From sequence record SRR20825006_2064: a DNA stretch of 64,000 nucleotides. One strand, written 5' to 3'. Shown one piece after another: positions 56,072 through 64,000 of the stretch; positions within the stretch are counted from its first letter, which is position 1; the number at the start of each line of letters is the position of its first letter. The notes under the pieces were generated by a model, which saw only the letters and a program-made list of their open reading frames with translations, made no database searches and was not told where the DNA came from. Position numbers and translations under genes: made by a program.

Positions 56072-57280
56072 GTGACTCTAGATGTGCCGACTTTAATTGC
56101 CGCAACAACCTTGATGTTTGTGCTGGCATCGTTTGCCTTGACTGCGCACTGGCTTGCCAATTTGGGCACCCCTGGCCTGCGTTCTGCGGCGGCGGGTGTG
56201 GCGGCGGCAACGGTGGGCAGCTATCTGCTAATACCGGGTGAAAACGCCCCTACCGCCATCACTATTGTTGCGGGGGAACTGCTGATTCTGATCGGCCATA
56301 CTTGGGTGTGGCTCGGGATAGCGGCTTTCTGGAACTCGCGCTCCAGAGTCATCGCCTATGCGGCGGCGGCGATTATGGTGCTGGCTGCTGTAACGCTTGG
56401 CTCTCATGCAGTTGAAGGCGGTAGTGCAGCCGCTCGTGGCTCTATGCTTTCCGTCTACATCACGGTCTTCTCCTTCTGTACGGTAGCAACTCTGATCCGC
56501 GCGCTTGGTGGCCGGCGTGCTTTCTATAAGGGCATTATCAAGCGGACGTCGGTGGGTGCTGCGATTGCGGCGGCGGTTTTTGCAGCCCACGGGCTCTTTC
56601 ACCTTTATCGCTCCTACGAATGGCGGCAGTTCCGACCGGATGTGAACTATTTTGAAGGGTTGCCAATTTCGGTCTGGACGCAGGTTGAGGCGATGATCTT
56701 TGTGCTTCTTCTGGCGCTTGTTGTCATCATCATGACGGCGGAGCGACTTCAGAACGAGTTGAAGATACAGGCGATGATGGACCCGCTTACCCAGGCGCTC
56801 AGCCGCCGTGCATTCATGACCGTGATCAAGACCGTTGTGGCGCGCTCGCGCCGGTTATCTGAGCCGGTATCGCTCATCATGATTGATATTGACCGCTTCA
56901 AGCGTATCAACCTGCGCCATGGACATATGGTTGGCGATACGGTCCTTAGTCAATTCGGCGAGCGGGTGATGGAAGGCAGGCGGGCGCAAGATGTTTTCTG
57001 CCGCTTTGGTGGTGAAGAATTTGTACTTTTGTTACCCGGCACGGCTGAAGACGGCGCACAACTGGTGGCAGAGCGTGTGCGGCAGTCAATTACCGGTACG
57101 CCGTTTATCTGCGGGGAGAAGCAAGCCTCCCTTACGCTCAGTATTGGTGTGATGACAGCAAGAGGGGACGACCTCTTGTCTGATGGTATGCTTGATTCTG
57201 CCTATAAAGCACTGAAACAGGCGCAGAAAAAGGGCACAAACTTTATCGTCTCAATAGGGGCTGCACCGCCCGCCGCATAA
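56072..57280 (+). CDS. Membrane-bound diguanylate cyclase (GGDEF domain)
   Basis: About 7 TM segments; DPLT, DIDRFKRIN, GHMVGD, RAQD I-site, RFGGEEF; GTG 56072 with GGGGAG RBS. Confidence 0.9.
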   Translation: MTLDVPTLIAATTLMFVLASFALTAHWLANLGTPGLRSAAAGVAAATVGSYLLIPGENAPTAITIVAGELLILIGHTWVWLGIAAFWNSRSRVIAYAAAAIMVLAAVTLGSHAVEGGSAAARGSMLSVYITVFSFCTVATLIRALGGRRAFYKGIIKRTSVGAAIAAAVFAAHGLFHLYRSYEWRQFRPDVNYFEGLPISVWTQVEAMIFVLLLALVVIIMTAERLQNELKIQAMMDPLTQALSRRAFMTVIKTVVARSRRLSEPVSLIMIDIDRFKRINLRHGHMVGDTVLSQFGERVMEGRRAQDVFCRFGGEEFVLLLPGTAEDGAQLVAERVRQSITGTPFICGEKQASLTLSIGVMTARGDDLLSDGMLDSAYKALKQAQKKGTNFIVSIGAAPPAA

Positions 57281-57387
57281 GTATCCTATCTATTATGAAA
57301 TTATCAAATTTGTTCCGCAGTGTGCAGAGGGCGATGGGAGATGCGCGCGTACAAGGGGTATAGCGCAACCCTTCTGCAAGCGAGACG

Positions 57388-58872
57388 ATGATGAGACACC
57401 AAAACGGACGGAAAATTATAAAATTAGCCCTGGCGGCCGCTGTTTTTGGTGCAGGAATTTGGTACTTTACAGGCATTGAAAGCAGTAGCGAAGCTGCCAT
57501 CGGGCAGTATGTTACCAAGCCCGCCGTAGTGGGCACAATCCAGCGCAGTGTGTCCGCTAGTGGCTCTGTCAGGCCCCTGATAACCGTTGATATCGGTTCA
57601 CAGCTTTCCGGGCAGGTTGCGGAAATGCTTGCTGACTATAATGATGAAGTGGCCGAAGGCCAGCTCCTGGCTCGCATTGACCCCCAAACATTTGCGACAA
57701 GGGTAAAACAGGCAGAGGCTGAACTGGCGGTATCGCGTGCTCAAGTAACAGTACAACAAGCCTCGATCACACGGGCCAAGGCTCAGCTTCGCGAAGCGGA
57801 ACGTACCCTCGCACGGCAAAAGGATCTTGAGAAGCGTGGCAATGTCTCGATCAGCGCCCTTGAGGCGTCTGAGACAGCCTACACAACAACACAGGCAGAT
57901 CTGGTCAGTGCGGAAGCACAGCTTGAAAATGCAAATGCTACCGTGGTTCAGCGCGAAGCTGCCCTTGACCAAGCACGTATCGATCTGGCGCGCACGGAAA
58001 TCCGTTCCCCCATCAAAGGCACGGTGATCGCCCGTAGCGTGGATGTAGGGCAGACGGTGGCGGCAAGCCTTCAGGCCCCTGTGTTGTTTCAACTGGCGCA
58101 AGACCTTTCCGAAATTCAGGTGGAGGCCAGTGTGGACGAAGCAGATATCGGCACTGTGCGATCCGGGAACCGGGTGGTTTTTGGTGTGGATGCGTTTCCC
58201 GACCGCAGTTTTGACGGTGTGGTAAAACAGGTTCGCCTTGCTCCATTGGAGGAGGCCAATGTGGTGACCTATACCGTAGTTATTTCAGCCAGTAATACAG
58301 ACCGCGCGTTGCTGCCAGGTATGACAGCGAATGTGGAGATATTTACAGGTGAAAAGGACAATGTACTGCGGGTCGCGAATGAGGCGTTGCGGTATCGCCC
58401 CAGCAATCCGCCTGCTGACGTGGCCGAGGCGAGCTCAAGCCGAGGTGGTGGGCAGTTTATTGACCGATTTAGAGCCGAACTGGATCTGAGTGATGCGCAG
58501 GCCGATGCGCTACGCACAGAGTTTGCAAAACTGCGGGCGCAAAGTGGCGCTGGTCGCAGCGGGGGTATGGGGATGGCGTCGACGGCGGGCAACGGCACAA
58601 ACGATCGTCAGCAAGCACGGCAGCGCATGGAAGCCATGCTGGACAAGACTCTGAAAAATATCCTCAATGATGAGCAGTGGCGGCGTTATGAAGAAGGGAA
58701 GGCTGCCCGCTTCGATGTTCGCCGTGCACAGCTATGGGTGCTGGGACATGATGGAAAGCTCAAGCAGACGTCTGTATTGTTGGGATTGTCTGACGATGCA
58801 AATACCGAAATTATCCGTGGTCTGGAGGACGGCGCGCAGGTCGTGGTTCGGGAAGAAAGGCCAAGAGGATGA
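57388..58872 (+). CDS. Efflux periplasmic adaptor subunit (MacA-like)
   Basis: N-terminal anchor, GSQLSGQV, coiled-coil hairpin, IRSPIKG, GQTVAASLQAP, LLPGMTA. Confidence 0.9.
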   Translation: MMRHQNGRKIIKLALAAAVFGAGIWYFTGIESSSEAAIGQYVTKPAVVGTIQRSVSASGSVRPLITVDIGSQLSGQVAEMLADYNDEVAEGQLLARIDPQTFATRVKQAEAELAVSRAQVTVQQASITRAKAQLREAERTLARQKDLEKRGNVSISALEASETAYTTTQADLVSAEAQLENANATVVQREAALDQARIDLARTEIRSPIKGTVIARSVDVGQTVAASLQAPVLFQLAQDLSEIQVEASVDEADIGTVRSGNRVVFGVDAFPDRSFDGVVKQVRLAPLEEANVVTYTVVISASNTDRALLPGMTANVEIFTGEKDNVLRVANEALRYRPSNPPADVAEASSSRGGGQFIDRFRAELDLSDAQADALRTEFAKLRAQSGAGRSGGMGMASTAGNGTNDRQQARQRMEAMLDKTLKNILNDEQWRRYEEGKAARFDVRRAQLWVLGHDGKLKQTSVLLGLSDDANTEIIRGLEDGAQVVVREERPRG

Positions 58873-59579
58873 CGAATATTACGCCCGTCATTGAAGCCAA
58901 AGAACTTTACCGTCATTACCATCAGGGTAGCCAGGTGGTGAAAGCATTGGACGGCGTGGATGTGACCATTATGCCCGGTGAATTTGTGGCGGTGATGGGG
59001 CCGTCGGGCTCCGGCAAGTCGACTTTCATGAATATTTGCGGCGCACTCGACCAGCCAACCTCGGGTATGGTGAAAGTGGCAGGGAGGGATTTGTCTGCCC
59101 TGTCACGCGATGAGTTGGCAAACCTTAGAAATGAAGTCATCGGTTTTGTATTCCAGCAGTTCAACCTGCTTCCGCGTACGAGCGCGCTTCAGAACACCAT
59201 GCTGCCACTTCGTTATGCAGGTATCCGTGGTCAGGAGGCGATTGATCGCTGTCGGCAGGCGCTTGAACGGGTGGACCTAGGCTCGCGCATGGACCATCAC
59301 CCCAATGAGCTTTCTGGTGGACAACAACAACGTGTGGCGATTGCCCGCGCACTGGTGACAAAACCTGCGCTGATTTTTGCCGATGAACCTACAGGTGCGC
59401 TTGATAGCGCGACATCTGTTGAAGTTTTGAAGCTTTTTCAACAGCTGAATGCAAACGGAATGACCATCGTGATGGTAACTCATGACGCCGATGTAGCCGC
59501 TTATGCCGGCCGCTGCCTGTATTTTAAGGATGGCCATATCGTACGGGATACGCTTGAGGAAGAGAGGGTGGCATCATGA
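58869..59579 (+). CDS. ABC transporter ATP-binding protein (MacB/LolD-like)
   Basis: [37 protein letters not shown]. Confidence 0.95.
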   Translation: MTNITPVIEAKELYRHYHQGSQVVKALDGVDVTIMPGEFVAVMGPSGSGKSTFMNICGALDQPTSGMVKVAGRDLSALSRDELANLRNEVIGFVFQQFNLLPRTSALQNTMLPLRYAGIRGQEAIDRCRQALERVDLGSRMDHHPNELSGGQQQRVAIARALVTKPALIFADEPTGALDSATSVEVLKLFQQLNANGMTIVMVTHDADVAAYAGRCLYFKDGHIVRDTLEEERVAS

Positions 59580-60808
59580 CACTGCTTGCCACATTTATGA
59601 TTGCTATTGAGGCGTTGCGGCTCAACGCGTTGCGTACTGCTCTGGCTATGCTTGGTATTATCATCGGTGTTGCAGCGGTCATCACTATGGCCTCAATTTC
59701 CACTGGCGCATCAAAACGGGTGGAAGAGCATATCTCAAGTCTGGGTACCAATCTTTTGATAGCGCGACCGGGCTCCAACCGTTCTGGCGGAAGGCGCGGC
59801 GGTGCGGGCACGAGCGAATCCTTCAGTGAAAAGGACGTGACAGCAATCAGAAACAATGTGGCTGACATCGCCGCAATATCTGGTGTGGTTAACGCCTCTG
59901 GTGCGGTTGTTTACGGCAATAACAACTGGCAAACCGGCGTGCAGGGAGTACATGCGGATTTTCATATTGTGCGGGCTTGGGAGGTTGCCAGTGGTGTTCC
60001 GCTCACCAACGAGGATGTCAGCCGCAAAACCAAGGTTGCGGTCATTGGCCAAACTGTAGCGGAAGAACTATTCGGCAGCCAGTCCCCGCTTGGAGAGCGT
60101 ATCCGCATCAAAAACATCCCCTTTGAAGTGATTGGCGTTTTGGCTGAAAAGGGCCAGTCAGGCATGGGACGTGATCAGGACGACACAATTCTTGTGCCTA
60201 TTTCAACTGCCCGTACCCGGCTTGTGGGGCGGGAAGGGTCGGTGGCTGAACCGGTGCAGATGATGTATATTTCCGTACGCGAGGGCGCGGATATGGCACT
60301 CGTGCAGGAGGACGTCGAGACGCTTTTGATGCAGCGGCGTAAAGTGAAACCCGGTGCTCAGGCAAATTTTGACGTACGCAATATGTCCGAATTTATCGAG
60401 GCACGCACAGCCACTCAAAAAACCATGGGCATGTTGCTGGCTACCTCTGCTGCCATTTCCCTCGTGGTTGGCGGTATTGGTATTATGAATATCATGCTGG
60501 TGTCAGTGACGGAGCGCACCCGTGAAATTGGTTTGCGCATGGCCGTGGGCGCACGCGGGCGGGATATCCTGATCCAGTTTCTGGTGGAGGCGATAACGCT
60601 TTGTCTGGTTGGCGGCATGATTGGGCTGGCCGTCGGAGCAGGGTGCTCAGGCCTGGTGGCGCATTATGCGGACTGGCCGGTGTTGATGGACCCTGTGTAT
60701 ATAGCACTTGCGCTAGCAGGTTCCGCAACTGTCGGGCTATTCTTCGGATTTTATCCTGCGCGGCGTGCATCACGCCTTAATCCGATAGACGCATTACGGT
60801 ACGAATAG
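59576..60808 (+). CDS. ABC transporter permease (MacB/FtsX-like)
   Basis: LGIIIGVAAV, GGIGIMNIMLVSVTERTREIGLRMAVGA, PARRASRLNPIDALRYE. Confidence 0.95.
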   Translation: MTLLATFMIAIEALRLNALRTALAMLGIIIGVAAVITMASISTGASKRVEEHISSLGTNLLIARPGSNRSGGRRGGAGTSESFSEKDVTAIRNNVADIAAISGVVNASGAVVYGNNNWQTGVQGVHADFHIVRAWEVASGVPLTNEDVSRKTKVAVIGQTVAEELFGSQSPLGERIRIKNIPFEVIGVLAEKGQSGMGRDQDDTILVPISTARTRLVGREGSVAEPVQMMYISVREGADMALVQEDVETLLMQRRKVKPGAQANFDVRNMSEFIEARTATQKTMGMLLATSAAISLVVGGIGIMNIMLVSVTERTREIGLRMAVGARGRDILIQFLVEAITLCLVGGMIGLAVGAGCSGLVAHYADWPVLMDPVYIALALAGSATVGLFFGFYPARRASRLNPIDALRYE

Positions 60809-60823
60809 AAATACAGCTCTCAT

Positions 60824-60860
60824 AAAAAGCCCACCTCCATTACTGTGGGGATGGGCTTTC
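60824..60860. terminator. Bidirectional terminator
   Basis: AAAAAGCCCA...TGGGCTTTC stem between convergent genes. Confidence 0.75.
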
Positions 60861-60882
60861 TGTGTCTGTCTGGTCTATTCGC

Positions 60883-62013
60883 TTAGAGCTTCTCTACCAT
60901 CAAGCTGCCGATGGAATAGCCCGCGCCGAAGGAGCAGATGATGCCCTTGTCGCCAGCCTTGAGGTCGTCCCGATGTTTGTGGAAGGCAACAACCGAGCCT
61001 GCGCCCGCTGTGTTGCCATATTCGTCCAGCACGGTTGGAGCTTCAGATGCACTAGGCTCACGTCCTAGAAGCTTCTTGGCGGCATACATATTCATGTTGA
61101 TGTTGGCCTGGTGCAGCCACATGCGGCTCAGGTCTTCAACCTTGAGGCCATCGCCTTCAAGCTGGCTTGAGATAAAGCCCGTTACGAGCGGCAGCAGTTC
61201 CTTGAATACCTTGCGGCCTTCCTGCACGAAGAACATGTCGTCGCGCAGCATGCTGTCGTCATCAAGGCGGGTCATTGGGCCATAATGAGAGCGAATATTG
61301 CTGGAGAACTGGGTTTCCGCTTTGGTGCCAGTGACTTTCCAGAGATCCTTGCCTTTTGCGATATCAGCGCGCTCCAGCACGACGGCTGTGGCGATATCGC
61401 CGAAAATGAAGTGGCTGTCCCGGTCCCGGAAGTTGACCATGGTAGAGAAGATCTCCGGATTGACCATGAGGATACGGTCTGCAGTACCACATTTGATGGC
61501 ATTCACGGCTGCAATCAGGCCATAGGTAGCGCTTGAGCAACCCATGACCATATCAAGCGCTGAGCCGGACGTGCCAAGGTGATGCTGCACTTCAATGCCG
61601 ATGGCAGGGAAGTAGCGCTGTAAAACGGCGGCAGAACAAATAATCTGGTCAATCTCGTCCGCGCTGACGCCCGCTTGCGCCATGGCTTCCTTGCCAGCTT
61701 CAATTGCCATATGGGCCTGGAAACAGGCATGGTCCTGGTCGCCGTGTCCGCCCTCAGGCATTTTGGACATCATGCGGTCAAGGTCCATCACGCCTTTAAC
61801 GTCCACAAGGTGACGCGCTTTGATGCCCGACGCTTTCTCGATAAACTCGGCACTGGAATGCTGCTTTGGAGGCAGGAGGCCTGCGTCAATGTCCGCCTTA
61901 TGGTGGGCGTTATACTGGTCAACATATTCGTTGAATGTTTTTACCAGCTCTTCGTTTGTAATTCGGTTAGGCGGTACATAAAGACCCGTTCCCGAAATAA
62001 CTACATCGACCAT
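60883..62013 (-). CDS. Beta-ketoacyl-ACP synthase III (FabH-like, long form)
   Basis: FIEKASGIKAR, catalytic MGCSS, HQAN, YGNT, FGAGY; ATG 62013 with GAGGA RBS. Confidence 0.9.
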   Translation of the reverse strand: MVDVVISGTGLYVPPNRITNEELVKTFNEYVDQYNAHHKADIDAGLLPPKQHSSAEFIEKASGIKARHLVDVKGVMDLDRMMSKMPEGGHGDQDHACFQAHMAIEAGKEAMAQAGVSADEIDQIICSAAVLQRYFPAIGIEVQHHLGTSGSALDMVMGCSSATYGLIAAVNAIKCGTADRILMVNPEIFSTMVNFRDRDSHFIFGDIATAVVLERADIAKGKDLWKVTGTKAETQFSSNIRSHYGPMTRLDDDSMLRDDMFFVQEGRKVFKELLPLVTGFISSQLEGDGLKVEDLSRMWLHQANINMNMYAAKKLLGREPSASEAPTVLDEYGNTAGAGSVVAFHKHRDDLKAGDKGIICSFGAGYSIGSLMVEKL

Positions 62014-62198
62014 GCCAAACTTTTCCTCAATTCCGATACCGACAGCAGGCTCGAATATGACGGGCCTGTTACAATGGGGGCTCAGATATACTGCCTTTTT
62101 TCCCATCCGCCAACCAATCATTGGCGGAATATCTGCTATGCAAAAAATGGCTTAGTTTTCTGTAGGATGCCTTAAATCGCTGTGCTAACTCTCAGGCT

Positions 62199-62933
62199 AT
62201 GTCGATCTGGGGAAAAATAATTGGTGGCACGGCAGGGCTTGCTATTGGTGGGCCCTTGGGGGCTTTGCTTGGTCTTGCCGCTGGCGCAGCGCTTGATGCG
62301 GGCGTTGATGCAGGTAGCCGCACTAGCGATGCAACCCGCCATGTAACCTTCACGATTGGTGTGATCGCGCTTGCTGCCAAAATGGCGAAAGCAGACGGAC
62401 AGGTCACTCGGGAAGAAGTGGATGCCTTCAAGCAGGTTTTCCGCGTGCCTCCTGAGGAAATGCGTAACGTAGGGCGCGTTTTTGACATGGCCCGCCAGCA
62501 TACTGCAGGCTTTGACGCTTATGCTAAACAGATTGCCGACCTGATGCGAGGCAACAAAACGGTGCTTGATGATCTTCTGGAAGCGTTGTTTTTTATCGCA
62601 AAAGCAGACGGCGAGGTTCATCCCAATGAGCTCGACTATATTCGCGCTGTTGCACAAATTTTTGGATACTCGAAGCAGGAAATTGCCTCGCTGGTACATC
62701 GCCATGTTGGGGCCGACCCCAATTGCCCTTATGGTGTCCTTGGTGTTGACCCCAAGATCGGGGATCAGGAACTGAAATCACACTACCGCAAGCTTGTGCG
62801 GGAAACCCATCCAGACCGTTTGATTGCAGAAGGGGTGCCCAACGATTTTATCGCTGTGGCGACCCGGCGCGCGGCGGAGATCAACGCCGCATATGATCAA
62901 ATCGTGGCAGAGCGGAAGAGGGTTAACGCATGA
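62199..62933 (+). CDS. djlA: DjlA-like co-chaperone (TerB domain plus J domain)
   Basis: MSIWGKIIGG..G...GGPLGA, AKMAKADG, HPD, INAAYD. Confidence 0.88.
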   Translation: MSIWGKIIGGTAGLAIGGPLGALLGLAAGAALDAGVDAGSRTSDATRHVTFTIGVIALAAKMAKADGQVTREEVDAFKQVFRVPPEEMRNVGRVFDMARQHTAGFDAYAKQIADLMRGNKTVLDDLLEALFFIAKADGEVHPNELDYIRAVAQIFGYSKQEIASLVHRHVGADPNCPYGVLGVDPKIGDQELKSHYRKLVRETHPDRLIAEGVPNDFIAVATRRAAEINAAYDQIVAERKRVNA

Positions 62934-63826
62934 AGCTGCTAGATATCCTTCTGGTCATCCTTATCGCGGTTGTTTGGGGCGTTAATTTTGTCGCGGTCAA
63001 ATATGCGGTGGCGGACCTGTCGCCCATGGTGGCCAACTGTGTACGGTTCATCGCGGTTGTTATCGTTCTTATGCCGTTTCTCCGTATTGTACCGGGCCGG
63101 ATGGCGGATTTGGCGCTGGCGGCGGTAGTTCTTGGTGTTGTTCACTTCGGCGCGGTTTTCTGGGCGATGGAGCTATCAGACGGTGTTGGTTCTGTTGCTA
63201 TCGCTTCCCAGCTCAACGTTCCCTTTTCCACAATTCTTGCGGTGGTTATTCTGCGCGAAACCGTTGGCTGGAAACGGGTCGCCGGTATAGCGCTTAGTTT
63301 CCTGGGGGTGCTCGCACTGGGGCTTGACCCAACCGTGTTCGACTATTGGGAAGGTTTGCTGATGATGACCTTCGCGGCGCTCATGTATTCGGTTTCTGCC
63401 ATATTGATGCGACGGCTTAAGGATGTGCGCGCGGTGACCACACAGGCCTGGGTTGGTGTAGCGGGAGTTATTGGGTCAGCTATACTCTCGTTTCTCTTCG
63501 AAGACGGCCAGGTCGAGATGGTCAAAAACGCTGGCCTGATGGCATGGCTTGGGGTGCTTTATAGCGGGATCGGATCGTCTGTTATCGGACATGGCGGCGC
63601 CAATTATCTGCTAAGAAAATACGAAGTTTCCGTCGTGTCCCCTTATTTCTTGATGACACCTGTTGCAGCTGTGCTTGCGGGTATCTGGATCATGAATGAG
63701 GAATTTACCTGGCGCATGGCACTCGGCGGTGCGTTGACGCTTCTCGGTGTGCTGATTGTGACACTGCGTAACAACGCGCGGTCAACCAAAGTAGCAGAGA
63801 TCGGGGAGGACCGCGCGGCGGTCTAG
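62930..63826 (+). CDS. DMT/EamA family transporter
   Basis: 10 TM segments, WGVNFVAVK, VPFSTILA..ILRE. Confidence 0.9.
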   Translation: MKLLDILLVILIAVVWGVNFVAVKYAVADLSPMVANCVRFIAVVIVLMPFLRIVPGRMADLALAAVVLGVVHFGAVFWAMELSDGVGSVAIASQLNVPFSTILAVVILRETVGWKRVAGIALSFLGVLALGLDPTVFDYWEGLLMMTFAALMYSVSAILMRRLKDVRAVTTQAWVGVAGVIGSAILSFLFEDGQVEMVKNAGLMAWLGVLYSGIGSSVIGHGGANYLLRKYEVSVVSPYFLMTPVAAVLAGIWIMNEEFTWRMALGGALTLLGVLIVTLRNNARSTKVAEIGEDRAAV

Positions 63827-63832
63827 CAGTTG

Positions 63833-64000
63833 ATGAAGGATGCTATCCATACCCCGTCCCCCAACTGGAATGAGCGCCCCGGCGGCACCTGTATTGATAC
63901 TGTTGTTATTCACTACACCGGCATGCAAAGCGGCGAAGCAGCGCTTCGGCGGCTTTGTGACCCTAAAGCAGAGGTGTCTGCACATTATCTGATTGAAGAG
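63833..64000 (+). CDS. N-acetylmuramoyl-L-alanine amidase (Amidase_2), 5' part only, truncated by window edge
   Basis: Manual translation MKDAIHTPSPNWNERPGGTCIDTVVIHYTGM...VSAHYLIEE; not in the ORF track. Confidence 0.88.
   Translation, partial: MKDAIHTPSPNWNERPGGTCIDTVVIHYTGMQSGEAALRRLCDPKAEVSAHYLIEE

Overview
Gene-dense, fairly GC-rich chromosomal window from an alphaproteobacterium (inferred from the gene families, a perfect CtrA-type box and the tRNA 3' end; genus not determinable). It opens with the last 29 nt of a tRNA and contains about 55 CDSs, mostly metabolic, transport and regulatory: BCCT transporter, TonB-dependent receptor plus TPR-sulfotransferase, kbl-tdh, P450-GMC pair, 5-oxoprolinase, DEAD-box helicase, two-component systems, MacAB-type exporter, FabH-like KAS III and DjlA. 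I found no integrase, transposase, prophage or CRISPR array. Most notable: (1) a Vat-like acetyltransferase preceded by an apparent translational attenuator, where a 5-codon leader (MNKTA) base-pairs with the RBS region, about 3 kb from a chromosomal AAC(3)-II-like gene; (2) a BlaI/BlaR-like pair with canonical TACAnnTGTA operators, whose sensor has nine 34-35 aa SDYE repeats instead of a penicillin-binding domain, divergent from a diguanylate cyclase; (3) two paralogous, apparently secreted, Cys-bracketed TonB C-terminal-domain proteins flanking a helicase and a 7-repeat Cys-rich secreted protein; (4) several readable candidate regulons (GntR-type boxes, XRE boxes at kbl-tdh, FNR/FixK boxes at both usp genes, a MarR double operator, PhoP-type repeats); (5) an AT-richer 462-aa orphan. 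All product calls come from motif recognition by eye; no database search was run.
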